DNA of 64,000 nucleotides. Origin: Zygnema circumcarinatum SAG 698-1b. Its lineage: Eukaryota > Plantae > Zygnematophyceae. Below, one piece after another: positions 1 through 10,473 of the stretch. The stretch lies in the NCBI GenBank assembly GCA_037447605.1, contig CM074804.1:7727909-7791908 (forward strand), read 5' to 3'. Within the stretch, counting starts at the first letter, position 1. Every line of letters begins with the position of its first letter. A model generated the notes under the pieces. The model had not been told where the DNA came from. It searched no databases and worked only from the letters and a program-made list of their open reading frames with translations. A program made the position numbers and the translations under genes.

Positions 1-739
1 GGATATAATGCGTTGGGTGGAAGGCTTCAAAGGCAAAGGCTTCATTGCAGCAAGGGAGAGGGTAACATTTAGTTGCAGAGATTTATCAGGCCACTGTTGC
101 CTCCCCTCTCCCTCGTGCACCTTCTCTTTGTATATAAACTGCGGCTGAGAAGTCGAGCCATCGAGATTGAAGTCATGGGTCGCGGAAGTCAGGCGACTCA
201 ACTTCACTGTATGTATGGGATTCTGTGTATGTGGTAGTTCTTATCGTCTCTCTCTGCTGGAGACTGCCGGGCAGACCGGTGGCTGTATAGAGCTGCAGAT
301 TACGGGGCAAACGGCTGCAGGTGGCAGAGGAGAGCTCAGGATTGGAATGCAGAAGCAGGTAGAGATCATGTCTTTTTTATGTGGCTTAATACATGAGTTT
401 GCTTTAAGCGGGGGGGGGGGGGTGGCATTGATCTCACGATGGCGATACCATCAAATGTACAAAATGGACAAAATCATCATGGGGAACCACAAAGAACTGG
501 TCGCAAAGGACCGAAGGAGAAAATGAAAAAAGCGAGGAGCTGAAAACTACGTTACGAATTAAACCTTATTATTGTTATTTTTTATTAATTAATAACTCTC
601 CCTTAATTAATTAAGTGAGAGTTTCGTTGTTAAGTAGGCTTAACAACGTAACTGTCCCTCGAAGCAGTCGTGAAGGTCGCCGATGAAGCAGTCGTGAAGG
701 TCGCCGATGTGCGGCACATCGCACGGTCATCAACAATCG

Positions 740-1480
740 CAGCACGCGTAGAAGCGAGGCAACGCTGAAGGCCGACGGGAATGCGCTGTCGATAAAAAGT
801 AGCGAGGATCGTCGGAGGAGGAGAGGAGGGCTTCGCATCTCAAGGAGCGATGGGCGCACAGGGCGGCATCCAAACGGGCGTCGAGGCGGAGGCACCCACA
901 AATCGCAACAGCCATAGGACTGCTCCGACGTCACGTCACGTCACGTCACGTCACACTACGTCACGTCACGGTAAGCAATGGGCATACGCGCGAGCAGCCC
1001 CGCCCTCATGGAGCGCTGCACGCGACGATAAATCGCGACGGGTCGGATCGGCCAACACAACATCCTCGACAAGGCGCGGGCATTGCCCATGAGGGAGGGA
1101 GGGAGGGAGGGAGGGAGGGCCAAATCAGGCCGAACTCCGCGCTCGCCACGAACAGTCGGTCGGTCGAGGGGGCACAATGTGGCCCGGTTCGCGGCGCACA
1201 AGAAAACTGATCTCTTGAGCCAATGTAGCACAACATCATGAGCCAAAATGCGTTCACCGCCGTGCGCGCATCGAAGATGATGGACGCCCTCCTGCCCATC
1301 GATCGAATCACCACAAACACAGCTAGGAGCACCCTGCAATGGGGGGTGGGGGAGCCCGAGGTGAATTCGCGCTGCAAGCTGAAACTGGCTCGGGGTAAAA
1401 ACGAAGGTTGGAGGGGCGCGGTGGATGCAGGTGTCGTCTGTAGTCAATCGAGGGACTGATGGAATGACGGCTACGGCATG
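740..1480 (-). mobile_element. Decayed 3' fragment of a CRE/R2-like non-LTR retrotransposon (Zn-knuckle plus restriction-like endonuclease region)
   Basis: Collinear minus-strand motifs spread over several frames: RIHLGLPHPPLQGAPSCVCGDSIDGQEGVHHLRCAHGGERILAHD (CxC..H..C..HD), RPDLA (~1120), VEDVVLADPTRRDL (~1070-1030), AVAICGCL (~910) and FYRQRIPVGLQRCLA (~800-755). It is interrupted by frameshifts and by (GGGA)n and (CACGT)n microsatellites. No RT domain is seen. Confidence 0.55.
929..970. repeat. (CACGT)n pentanucleotide microsatellite
   Basis: gtcacgtcacgtcacgtcacgtcacactacgtcacgtcacg, read directly. Confidence 0.85.
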
Positions 1481-2130
1481 TCTGAGCTCGTGGTTTGCAT
1501 GCGCTGTTGGAATTGCACATGATGTCCGCTTTGCAGGAAAGGCAAAGGGGGGATTGGCCTCGTGCACTCTCTCATGCATTTGCAAAGTATGTTTTTTTTT
1601 TTTTTTTGAAGTAGCGATGTTCATGGGACCGCCATGAGCACGTGATGTGGGCTTCATTTCTTCTGTATAATTCGCGACCTTTGTGGGCTGCCCGGTCAAT
1701 CTTTTGCTGCCCGGTCAATCTTTTGCTGCCCGTTTGCTACCGGTTGGAGAATCACGCTCAATAACCAGCACCAAAATGGACAAGAAAAGGAAAGGAGCAA
1801 AAAAAAGGGGGGGCGGAGGACAAAAAAACTTACATTGTCCATCGCATTCTTTCGTTCAAAGCTAAGTCTGCAACAAAAAAATTTATACTGTAAAGCTTAA
1901 AATCCAAAAGCTGCTTGAACAGCTTGCTTCCCGGCTTTCCCCCCTACCTTCTCTTGCATGCCTCTCCCCCTCCCCCTCCCTCCAAAAAAACGCTTTTTTT
2001 TGCCTTGTACAACCTCCTAGTGCACAGCGCCATACAGGGGCATCCGAATCCAATTTATTACTGCAGTTTCGGTTTCACCCCTCTCTATGGCCCCATCTAT
2101 GCAAACCCTAAAAGTTGAGCCCTTCCCAGT

Positions 2131-2767
2131 TCACACTCTCCACACTTTGGCGGTTCCATCCACGGAGCTGCTCAGCATGCACTCCTCGCTGGGGTGGTAC
2201 GCCACGCTCGTCACCTGCAAGCGGAGGAAAACCAAACCAATCAAAAAAGTGGGAAGAAATCGATCAAACAAGATCGGAACAATCTCAACCATCAAATTAG
2301 GGGTGGGGGGAGGGCAGTGTAACGGTTCTCAAAGTTTCCCGGAATTTACATTCAAAGAGAATTGCCAAACCTCTTAACTAATCGGAGTAAGAAGACGTTT
2401 TGGGCTTAAGAACTGCTGGAAGTTGTAGGGTTGTAGAAACTTTAGATTTGTTTTGGGAAGGGGGGGGGGGGGGGGTTCAGGGAAGCTTGTGCCCCTACCG
2501 CGCCCGAATGGGCAGGCAGGGCGAGCAGCAGCTTTGCCTCCACTAAGTCCCAAAAACACACTTTTCCGTCCTCGGAACCGCTCACTACATGCGCGTCCGT
2601 ATTACTGAAACAGCTGTCCATCTTGTTCGTCTGCAACACATGGAAACAGATAACAGTTTTAAAAACTTGCATCGGAAAGAGAGAGAGAGAAGGTGCGCTC
2701 AAGCACTCAAGACTGCCAAACAGAGAGATAGAGAAAGAGAAGTGAGTGAGGGGAGAGAGAGAGGAAA

Positions 2768-2813
<46 letters not shown>

Positions 2814-5800
2814 CTGAAAGCAGGACAGCAAGAAGGGTGAGAAGAATTCGTGCCGTGTTCACATGTCCCGTGTACTCGTTCAGGAGCTCCCCACTCTCTC
2901 TGCACTACTCCCACCCCACAAAGAGGGCTGCCACGTGTCAGCTTCTCCTTCGCTCGCTCGCTCGCTTCTCTCCTTGATATCGACTACCCGGTGGCAGCAT
3001 CATCTCACTGACTACTTCAAGCAGCGCTTTTGTGATGTCATTATTGCAAACGGGGAATTGGATTGGATGGGGAAACGATCAAACCGGAGGAAAAAAGCAA
3101 AACCCTAAAAACCCTCAAAACCCTAAAAACCCTAAAACACAAGCTAAAGGCATTTGCAAGGCGAAGTTGTCCGGCGGCCATGCAGCCAATGGGAGCGTGC
3201 CACCTGTCGAGTAGGCGCAGCGTGCTGTCGAGGCAGCCCGCGAGCGCGCAGTTTCCGTCGTTGGATAGCGCCACACTGTTCACGGCGGGGCCCACATGGT
3301 CCGCCGTCACGCTGAACCCCAATTGCACCCCATCATCATCATCCGGTCACCGCTTTACATTTAGTTATTTTGATTGGTTTGTTCCTAGAGTGAATGAATG
3401 GTTTGGGACAGGACACGACTCTCTGACAAAAAAGGTTGAAAAGTCCCTCGCCCTCATCTCCCTTCCCCCCTCTCCCTCCCCCTCTTTCCCCCCCGCTTCC
3501 CCCTTCCTCCCCTCCCGTCCTCCTCCTGCTGCCCCCTTCCCCTCCCACTCTCATTCACACACACACACACACACACGCACGGACGTTTGCTCCTAATCTT
3601 GACGAGTCCCCCCCAGCCCATCTTCTGCATAGAAGCCAACACCATCACCCGGCCAGAAAATCCGACGAACCGCGCTCTCTCTGAAGCCACACATTCCTGA
3701 AACCCTAGCCCTAACCCTAACCCTAAAAAACGAAACCCTAAACCCTAACCCTAATCCTAAACCCTAAACCTAACTCTAAACCCTAACCCTAACCCCTGAA
3801 CCCTAACCCTAACCCTAACCCCTGAACCCTAGCCCTAACCCTAACCTTAACGCCTAAACCCTAACCCTTACCCCTAAACCCTAACCCAAACCCTAGCCCC
3901 TAAACCCTAACCCTACCCCCCCCCCTTCTCACCGGCCCATGCGAATGTCAAAAGTGCGCACGGAGCCGTCCACGGAGCCGGCAATGATCTCCGCCGGAGC
4001 CAAAGCCAGTGACGTCACACTGTCAGAAAAGGGGTTCATCATCTGCACTACCATCGAATAGGGAGAGACCTCTTTTTAGGGTTACTTTGAAATCATGAAG
4101 GTTAGACTACTCTGAAATTCACATATCGAATTCGGCATCGAGGTTCAGGGTCTAATCCAAGTGCCATGGGAATCTTAGAGCTAAAAATTTAAAGAAGCAT
4201 ATAAAGGTGCAGGAATCAGGAATTCTGCTTCTGTTGTTTTCACCTGAACCATATCGATGCTGTTTGAGCGTAGGTCCCACACCCGCACGCTTCTGTCGTA
4301 CCCCGCTGACGTCACCACACTGTTCGTGTCATTTATCTTCACTGCATTCACCTGCACCCCCCAATGCAGGGCCTCTCTATTTCTCTGATGTTCTTTACTT
4401 TAGAGAGAGAGATTGAGAGAGAAAGAGAGCGAGAGAGAGAGAGAGAGAGAGAGGCTAGATTTGGGGGGCGCGGAGTGCTTAGGGTTTGAGACATTTCCAG
4501 GGTTTAGGCTTTAGGTCGTACACTTTTGGATTTCGTGATTTCAAACTTCAAAGCTTTTGAGTGAGCTTCGAGCTTGAGGGCTTCGAGAATTCGAATGTCT
4601 GAGCTTTACTGCTCTCAAAAGCTTCATATTCTTTCCAAACTTACACTGGAGAAACATGGTTTTTTTCAGAGGCAGGCGCTTAAAAAAAATGCTTCAGGGC
4701 TTCAAGGTGCAGGATGTGCAGCTTTTTGGGTTTCAAAAACTTTCCTGTTCGCATAGTTATACAGTTTCAGGGTTTAAGAAAAGTTTTGTGTTCAAGAGTT
4801 TTCGGACTCGAGAGTTTCAGAATGTACAAAAAGGCTTCGGTTTCTGAGCGCTGAGCGTTGGGCTTTTCACCTAATGGTCGCAGGTTCAAGCTGCAGTATT
4901 GGCTGCTCAAAAAATGAGCTTGGCTTAAAGAATTGAAGGTTTGATGTTTGAGGGAGTTCGAATCCAAAAGTTTCAAGGTTTCATGCTTTCCGGGGTTCAA
5001 GGGTCCTCAGCCTCTAGGGTTCAGAGTTTAAGGTTTAGGGTTTAAGGTTTCAGGTTTCAGACGTAAGGCGATGTGATGGTTAGGGTTCAGGATTTAACGT
5101 TAAGGGTTTCGGGTTCAAAGTTTAGGGTTCAGGGCTCGTAGCTCAAGGTTTAGGGTTCAGGCTTTAAGTTTTAGGGTTCAGGGCTCGTAGCTTAAGGTTT
5201 AGGGTTCAGGATTTAGTTTTAGAATTCAGGGCTCAGAGCTTAGGGTTTTGGGTTCAGGCTTTAAGTTTTAGGGTTCAGGGCTCGTAGCTCAACGTTTAGG
5301 ATTCAGGCTTTAAGTTTTAGGGTTCAGGGCTCGTAGCTTAAGGTTTAGGGTTTCAGGGTTTAGAGTAATAGGGGTGGTTCTTCCTTCCCGCACCTCGCTG
5401 TCGTGTCCACGGAGCTTGCGCAGAATGCGGCCCGAGGCCACGTCCCAGAGGAAGAGCTGCCGGTCGGCCCCGCACGAGACCAGCCGGCTGTTGTCGCTGG
5501 AGCCTAGCGGGGGGGAGAGGGAAGGGTTCAGGGATGAGGGGGTGTACCGCGTTGCTTCAGGGTGTGCGGTGTCAGGGTTCAGAGCTCAGGACTCAGGGAT
5601 GGGGGTGCCAGGACCAGGGCTCAGGAGGTGAGGGTTCAGAGAGTAGGGTTCAGGGCTCCTATGTACGACACCGCACATTCAACATCGCCACAGTGAACTC
5701 TTGGACCTCCCTCCATCCATCTATCCATCCATCCATCCCTCCCGGCCATCCCTCCCTCCCTCCCTCCCCTCCCCCCCCCTACCTGTAGACCGCCACGTCG

Positions 5801-5991
5801 CGCACGTCCCTGGCGTGGCCGTTGTAGACCTTGACGGCGCGGCCCGTGCGCGCGTTCCAGAGGCGCAGCGTGCGGTCGCGGCCGCAGGTCAAGCAGTAGA
5901 CCGCGCCCGGGCCCGCGCTCAGCCGCGCGGCGAGGACCGCGCCCTCGTGCCCGCGCAGAACCGCCGCCTCGCGCCGAGGGAGGCCGGCCAT
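2131..5991 (-). CDS. WDR83: WD40-repeat protein, WDR83/MORG1 homologue (8 coding exons)
   Basis: Exons 5991-5783 (MAGLPRREAAVLRGHEGAVLAAR..GHARDVRDV), 5503-5394 (SSDNSRLVSCGADRQLFLWDVASG..GHDSE), 4351-4244 (VNAVKINDTNSVVTSAGYDRSVRVWDLRS), ~4042-3933 (DSVTSLALAPAEIIAGSVDGSVRTFDIRMG), ~3310-3204 (VNSVALSNDGNCALAGCLDSTLRLLD), 2899-2854 (ESGELLNEYTGHVNT), 2630-~2500 (TNKMDSCFSNTDAHVVSGSEDGKVCFWDLVE) and ~2214-2131 (VTSVAYHPSEECMLSSSVDGTAKVWRV*). Motif order matches the WDR83 family. Confidence 0.9.
3098..3140. repeat. Short degenerate telomere-like repeat (AAACCCT variants) in a WDR83 intron
   Basis: aaaaccctaaaaaccctcaaaaccctaaaaaccctaaaac. Confidence 0.7.
3700..3916. repeat. Interstitial telomere-like array, mixed CCCTAA/CCCTAAA, inside a WDR83 intron
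   Basis: About 215 bp of aaccct(a/aa) units with variants (ccctag, ccctga, cctaa), seen directly. Confidence 0.9.
5020..5365. repeat. Telomere-derived minisatellite (TTTAGGGTTCAGG variants with a ~46-48 bp higher-order unit) in a WDR83 intron
   Basis: Recurring ggctttaagttttagggttcagggctcgtagc(t/c)(t/a)aaggtttagggttca. The orientation is opposite to the 3700-3916 array. Confidence 0.8.
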
Positions 5992-6773
5992 GGCGGCTAG
6001 GGTTCAGGGGTTGTAGGGCTCAAGGGCTTCTGCGGTGCGGCAGCAGGAATGGGCATGGATCTGAAGGGTCCCTACTGAGAAGTGGAGGGAGGGGGGGGGA
6101 TGTGAGAAGGTAACAAGTTAATGAATTACATAGAGAGAGAGAGAGAGGAAGCGAAGAGAGCGCTGCTCCACTGAGGCGAGGCCTCGCAGCGGCAGGGTTC
6201 TAATGGCGGCTTCGTCGCCCAGACCGCCATGGATAGTGAATCCGAAAGCAGCCACACCCTGCTCAGGAGGGAGGGAGGGAGGGAGCAGAAGCGGCGGTAG
6301 GGGCACCTCCATGCAAGCGGCTCCCTGTGCTTGCGCTGTGGGGGCATCGCACATTCGTACGGTACGAATACAAGATCCACAGCGAAGAGGGGCTACGCGC
6401 ACACCGACATGGGCCCTCCATTGGGTCCAACCAATGATTGCCAACCATTGCCAGATTTTTGTTGGTTGGGTCAGTCGCGACCCGTTCACATTGGGACTGC
6501 ATTTGTCGTTTGTACGAGCACATTTGGCGGCGCCGCCGTCGCGAGATCAACGTCGGATCCACTATACCTCATGATCCAATGAATTTATGTACATTACCCC
6601 ATTTCTACCCGAACCTAAATTCCACCTGCCGTACGGTGTGAACAAGCAGATCTAACGCTCTGACACTCGGATCAGCGTTCAGATTCACCATGGATCCTTC
6701 CAACGAGTGGCCCTTTGATCCTTCCTCCTTTGAATCCCAGCCACGTCGATAGAATCAACTCATTACTCATTAC

Positions 6774-6792
6774 CCAATAAACACTTGCCACG
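6774..6792 (+). promoter_or_regulatory. CCAAT-N9-CCACG composite element (ERSE-type NF-Y/bZIP site)
   Basis: ccaat-aaacacttg-ccacg, in the divergent WDR83/PPase-like intergenic region. Confidence 0.55.
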
Positions 6793-7269
6793 TTTCATTT
6801 GAAATCGACTACATACCACGTGGCACGTCTTGAGTCGTCCTTCATGGACACTGACGACTCGTCTTGACTCGAATCTGGATGCCACCCCACTCCCCAGGAC
6901 CTCAACCGAGATAGCTACCGACAAAATGAATAAAACGACAAGATCTCTGGACGGGCACCGAAAGACGACAGTTAGAGTCTCCGCATCTCCAAGATCTGAC
7001 GGCCTGGATGGCGTCTCCAGCGTGGCACGAATCCCTTCAGATGTTGTCGCCGGGATCTGACCGCTGACTTGTCCTTGTCCAGCCCGCGGGCAGCCACGTG
7101 CCCTCACGGCCGGGTTTCCTGGACCCTATAGCCCTTCATGACAGACGTCGTAGCGTACAAAGTTTTTTGTCGTCTATCATATCACTCAATTGTCGTGAAG
7201 TGAGCATGATTTGTCGTAACGCGTTAGAACGCGCCGTGATTGGTCAGCGCCCGGACGAGCCTTGTGTCC

Positions 7270-7638
7270 ACCGACATCGCTCTGCGACAAAACCGCCCCT
7301 GGGCGGCTGGCCGCAATCACCGACCCGAACCCATAATTCAGCTCTTCCAAATGTCGGTGTGTCTCGTACGGCCCCACCGTCCCTTGTCGGAGCCGCCCGG
7401 CCCGCCTATTTCCTTCGTCCTCTTCCCCTGTACGGCAGTCCAAAAAATCTGTACGAAAGTCTCTTGTTGGCGCTGGCGTTCGTACAGCATCTTGCGGCCA
7501 TCCCTTAGCGCCACCGACACTGCCAGCGGGGCTCCACGAGCATGTTCCACCAATCGCGGCCTACCACGTGGCGCCTTGATTCTGAGCCTCCAGTTGGCCC
7601 CTATCATCCACCGACCTACTTCTGACTCAAATGTCGGT
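7270..7638. promoter_or_regulatory. Cluster of ACCGAC (DRE/CRT core) and TGTCGG motifs
   Basis: ACCGAC at 7270, 7319, 7513 and 7610; reverse GTCGGT at 7353 and 7633; extra TGTCGG at 7385. The function is inferred only. Confidence 0.4.
7550..7568 (+). promoter_or_regulatory. CCAAT-N9-CCACG composite element overlapping a G-box
   Basis: ccaat-cgcggccta-ccacg(tggc), about 390 bp upstream of the ATG at 7957. Confidence 0.55.
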
Positions 7639-7956
7639 GGCCGCCCCTCTACGCCTTTTTATCCGTACGTGTCCGCTCCCGCGGCTCCTCAGCCCGACAC
7701 GTGTCCTCTAACTGCCGCCCGGCCGCGCCGCCGCGAAGCGGACAAAAGGCCCCGCTACTGATTTGCGGCTGCTCGCGGCGGGAGGCCGACTCTCCTCACT
7801 CCCTCTCCCTCCCCTTCCTCTCCATCTGTCCCCCCCTCCCCCTCTCTCACTCTCTTCGTCACCCTCCCTCAGTTCCTCCCTCTGTTCCTCCCTCCATCTC
7901 TCCCTCTTCTCTCCTTCTCCCTCGCCCTCCTTTCTCGCCCTCTCGCTCCCCCAGCC

Positions 7957-10473
7957 ATGGCGAACCTTCTCCGATGCTTCTTTTGCAGGAGCCGGAGGCC
8001 CCGTGGCGAGGGCGAATCTCACCTTGACACGTGTCAACCCACAACTGACGTGGAGGCCGAGGAGGCGGCCTTCCTCCCCGCGGCGGAGCCCCCGAGGAGG
8101 GTCCCTCTCGCGAGGACGCCACGTCAGCTGCTTGGCGGCCGCGGGGAGGGCTGCCACGTGGCAGCCTCTCGGTCGGTTGGAGCGCGCTGGAGTGGACACG
8201 TGGCGTGGGAGGCGGAGGGGGGCCACAGCTTCGACCCCAGCTCAGAGGAGAGCTTCCACCACTTGGGATTGGGCGCCTCTCAGACTCACTCGCAGAAGGG
8301 AGAGGGAGAGGGAGAGGGAGAGGGAGAGGCCTCCTCCCTGATGATGATGCGGAGGCAGAGGGGCGGAGCCATGGCGGCCATGTTCTCTCCCGCGAGGACG
8401 AAGAGTTCGGACGAGTTCGAATCCTGCGCGACCTCCTCACAGACGGCGACAGAGACGGAGGACAGCCTGGGGGAGAGCCATGGCGGCGACTTCGGGTACA
8501 CGTGGGAGCCCGATGAGGAGGGGGAGGCGGACACGTGGACCAATGCCGGCCCAAAGATGGCTCCCAATGTGGCCGAGGGAGGAGGCCCCGGGTGGGTCAA
8601 ATCGGCAGAAAAAGAGGCCCCTAAAGTCGCGACTTCGAACCCCATCAGCTCCGATCTCAAGCCCAAGAAACTCGCTGACGTCATCACCGGGTGCGGTCTC
8701 CGCGCGGTCGACTTCGGCCCCTCCGGCAGCCTTCGCTACCGCCTGCTGTTTGCTGACGTCAGCGGCGCCCCGAAGAGCCCCTGGCATGACGTCCCCCTCC
8801 ACGCCCCCTCGGGGGCCCTCCGCTTCCTCTGCAAGACGCCGGCTGCCACGTGGCAGCACCTCGAGGTGGCCACGGAGGAGCCCCTCGCGCCCCTCCGCCT
8901 CAAGCGGTCAAAAAGTCAACGTGGGGGCCCAACGCACTACGCTGAGAACGTGCCATGGAACTTTGGGTTTTTCCCGCAGACGGCGGCGCAGGGGGTGTTA
9001 GGGTTCAGGGGGGACGCGCTCCCGGTGGAGGCGGTGGAGATAGGGACACGTGTCGCACGTGTGGGGGAGGTGTACGGAGTGAAGGTGCTGGCGGCCATGG
9101 CGGTGGTGGAGGGAGGGGGCGGGGAAGCTTCCTGGAAGGTGGTGGTGATCGCGGAGGATGACGCCATGGCGCCCCTCCTGGGTGGTCTGCGTGACGTCTC
9201 TGTCTTCTTCCCGGACACGCTCGAGAGGCTCAGGGATTGGCTGCAGACGAGGAACTGCGTGCACCCAGGTGAGGGAGAGGGAGAGGGAGAGGGAGGGAGA
9301 GAGGGAGGGAGGGAGCAGCTGTGTGTGAGAGAGAGAGAGGGGGAGAGAGAGGGAGGGAAGTTATTTTGACGGTGTTGTTTGCGTGGCGAGGGTGGCCCTG
9401 CAGAGGACCGAGAGAGCGGCATCGGCTTCAACGGGCAGGCCAAGGACGAAGTGGTCGCCATGGAGGTGGTCCACGCGGCGCACGCCGCGTGGCGTCACGT
9501 GGCGGCAGATTACCGCAAGAGGACAAGTAGCAGCGCGCCGATCTCCATCAGCGAATACGAGAGCGACACGTGGCAGCAGCTCGCCGCCGCGGAGCCCAAC
9601 GAAGAAACGATCCCTCTGTGCGAGCTCGCAAAGATTTCCGCTTTTCGGTACGAGAGGGCGTGGCTGCGCTCAAGCAGGGACGACTCGGACTCCTCCCTCT
9701 CCCTCTCCCTCTCCTCCTCCTTCAACGCTTCGGGAAGCTCCTCTCCCGCCCTCTCCGAGGGAGCCATGGGCAGCCCCGCGAGGAGGATGCTTCAAAGCTT
9801 CCTCCACCGCAACCGAAAGAAGGGGACGGAGGGAGGGGAAGACGGAGAGGAGACTGCTCCTGCTCCCTCTCCCTCTCCCTCTCCTGCTCCTCCTAGGAAG
9901 GGCCTTAGGAGCGGAGAGATATGGAGAGGAGCTCCCATAGAACCCAAGAAGCAGAGTGGTGGTAGTCTCTCTCTCCCTTCCCCGAAGAGGTTCACTTTTG
10001 GGCACACGCGAAGCCTGGACGAGGAGACCATCAAGAAGATTCGGGTATGCAGGAGCCCTGCCTCGGCGGTGTTCGCGAGTGGGCGGACGTGGGGGGGGTC
10101 CAAGGGGACGTTTGAGAGGCAGCTCTCCTTCACAGAGGGGAAGGAGAGGGGGGGGAATGGCAGGAAGGCAGGGGGGGCAAAAGCTCCCTCTCAGATTGTG
10201 GCGGAGTGGCACGAGCTCTGTGCGACTGCGAAGAAGGAGGCGGAGGGAGAGGAGAAGGAGGGAGAGGGGGAGGGAGAGGGAGAAGGAGGAGGTGGGAGAG
10301 GAGGGGGAGCGAGAGGGAGGAAGTACTTTGAGCAAAAGCGGAATGTTTCGGAGGAGGAGAGGCGGATCACGGCGAGCCTTATAAAGTTGGCCTCGGAGAT
10401 GGCTAAAGGAGGGAAGCAGCAAATATCTGTGGAGGAGCTTCTGCGCCCTACGGCTTGTGTGGGAGGGGCGTGA
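7957..10473 (+). CDS. Family-I soluble inorganic pyrophosphatase-like protein, probably catalytically inactive, with long low-complexity N- and C-terminal extensions (2 exons)
   Basis: join(7957..9268, 9404..10473); the GT-AG intron keeps frame (g|ag = Glu). The core GSLRYRLLF..SPWHDVPL..LEVATEEPLAP..WNFGFFPQT..GDALPVEAVEIG..WKVVVIAEDD..FPDTLERLRDW..AHAAW matches the PPa6/IPP1-type fold motifs. Confidence 0.8.

Noticed and set aside
3185-3203. CCAAT-N9-CCACC near-match
   Set aside because: It is an imperfect match that overlaps a splice donor inside a gene, so I did not count it with the promoter elements.
3545-3690. GC-balanced, exon-like stretch in a WDR83 intron
   Set aside because: The WDR83 model is complete without it, and no frame gives a recognisable peptide or RNA motif.
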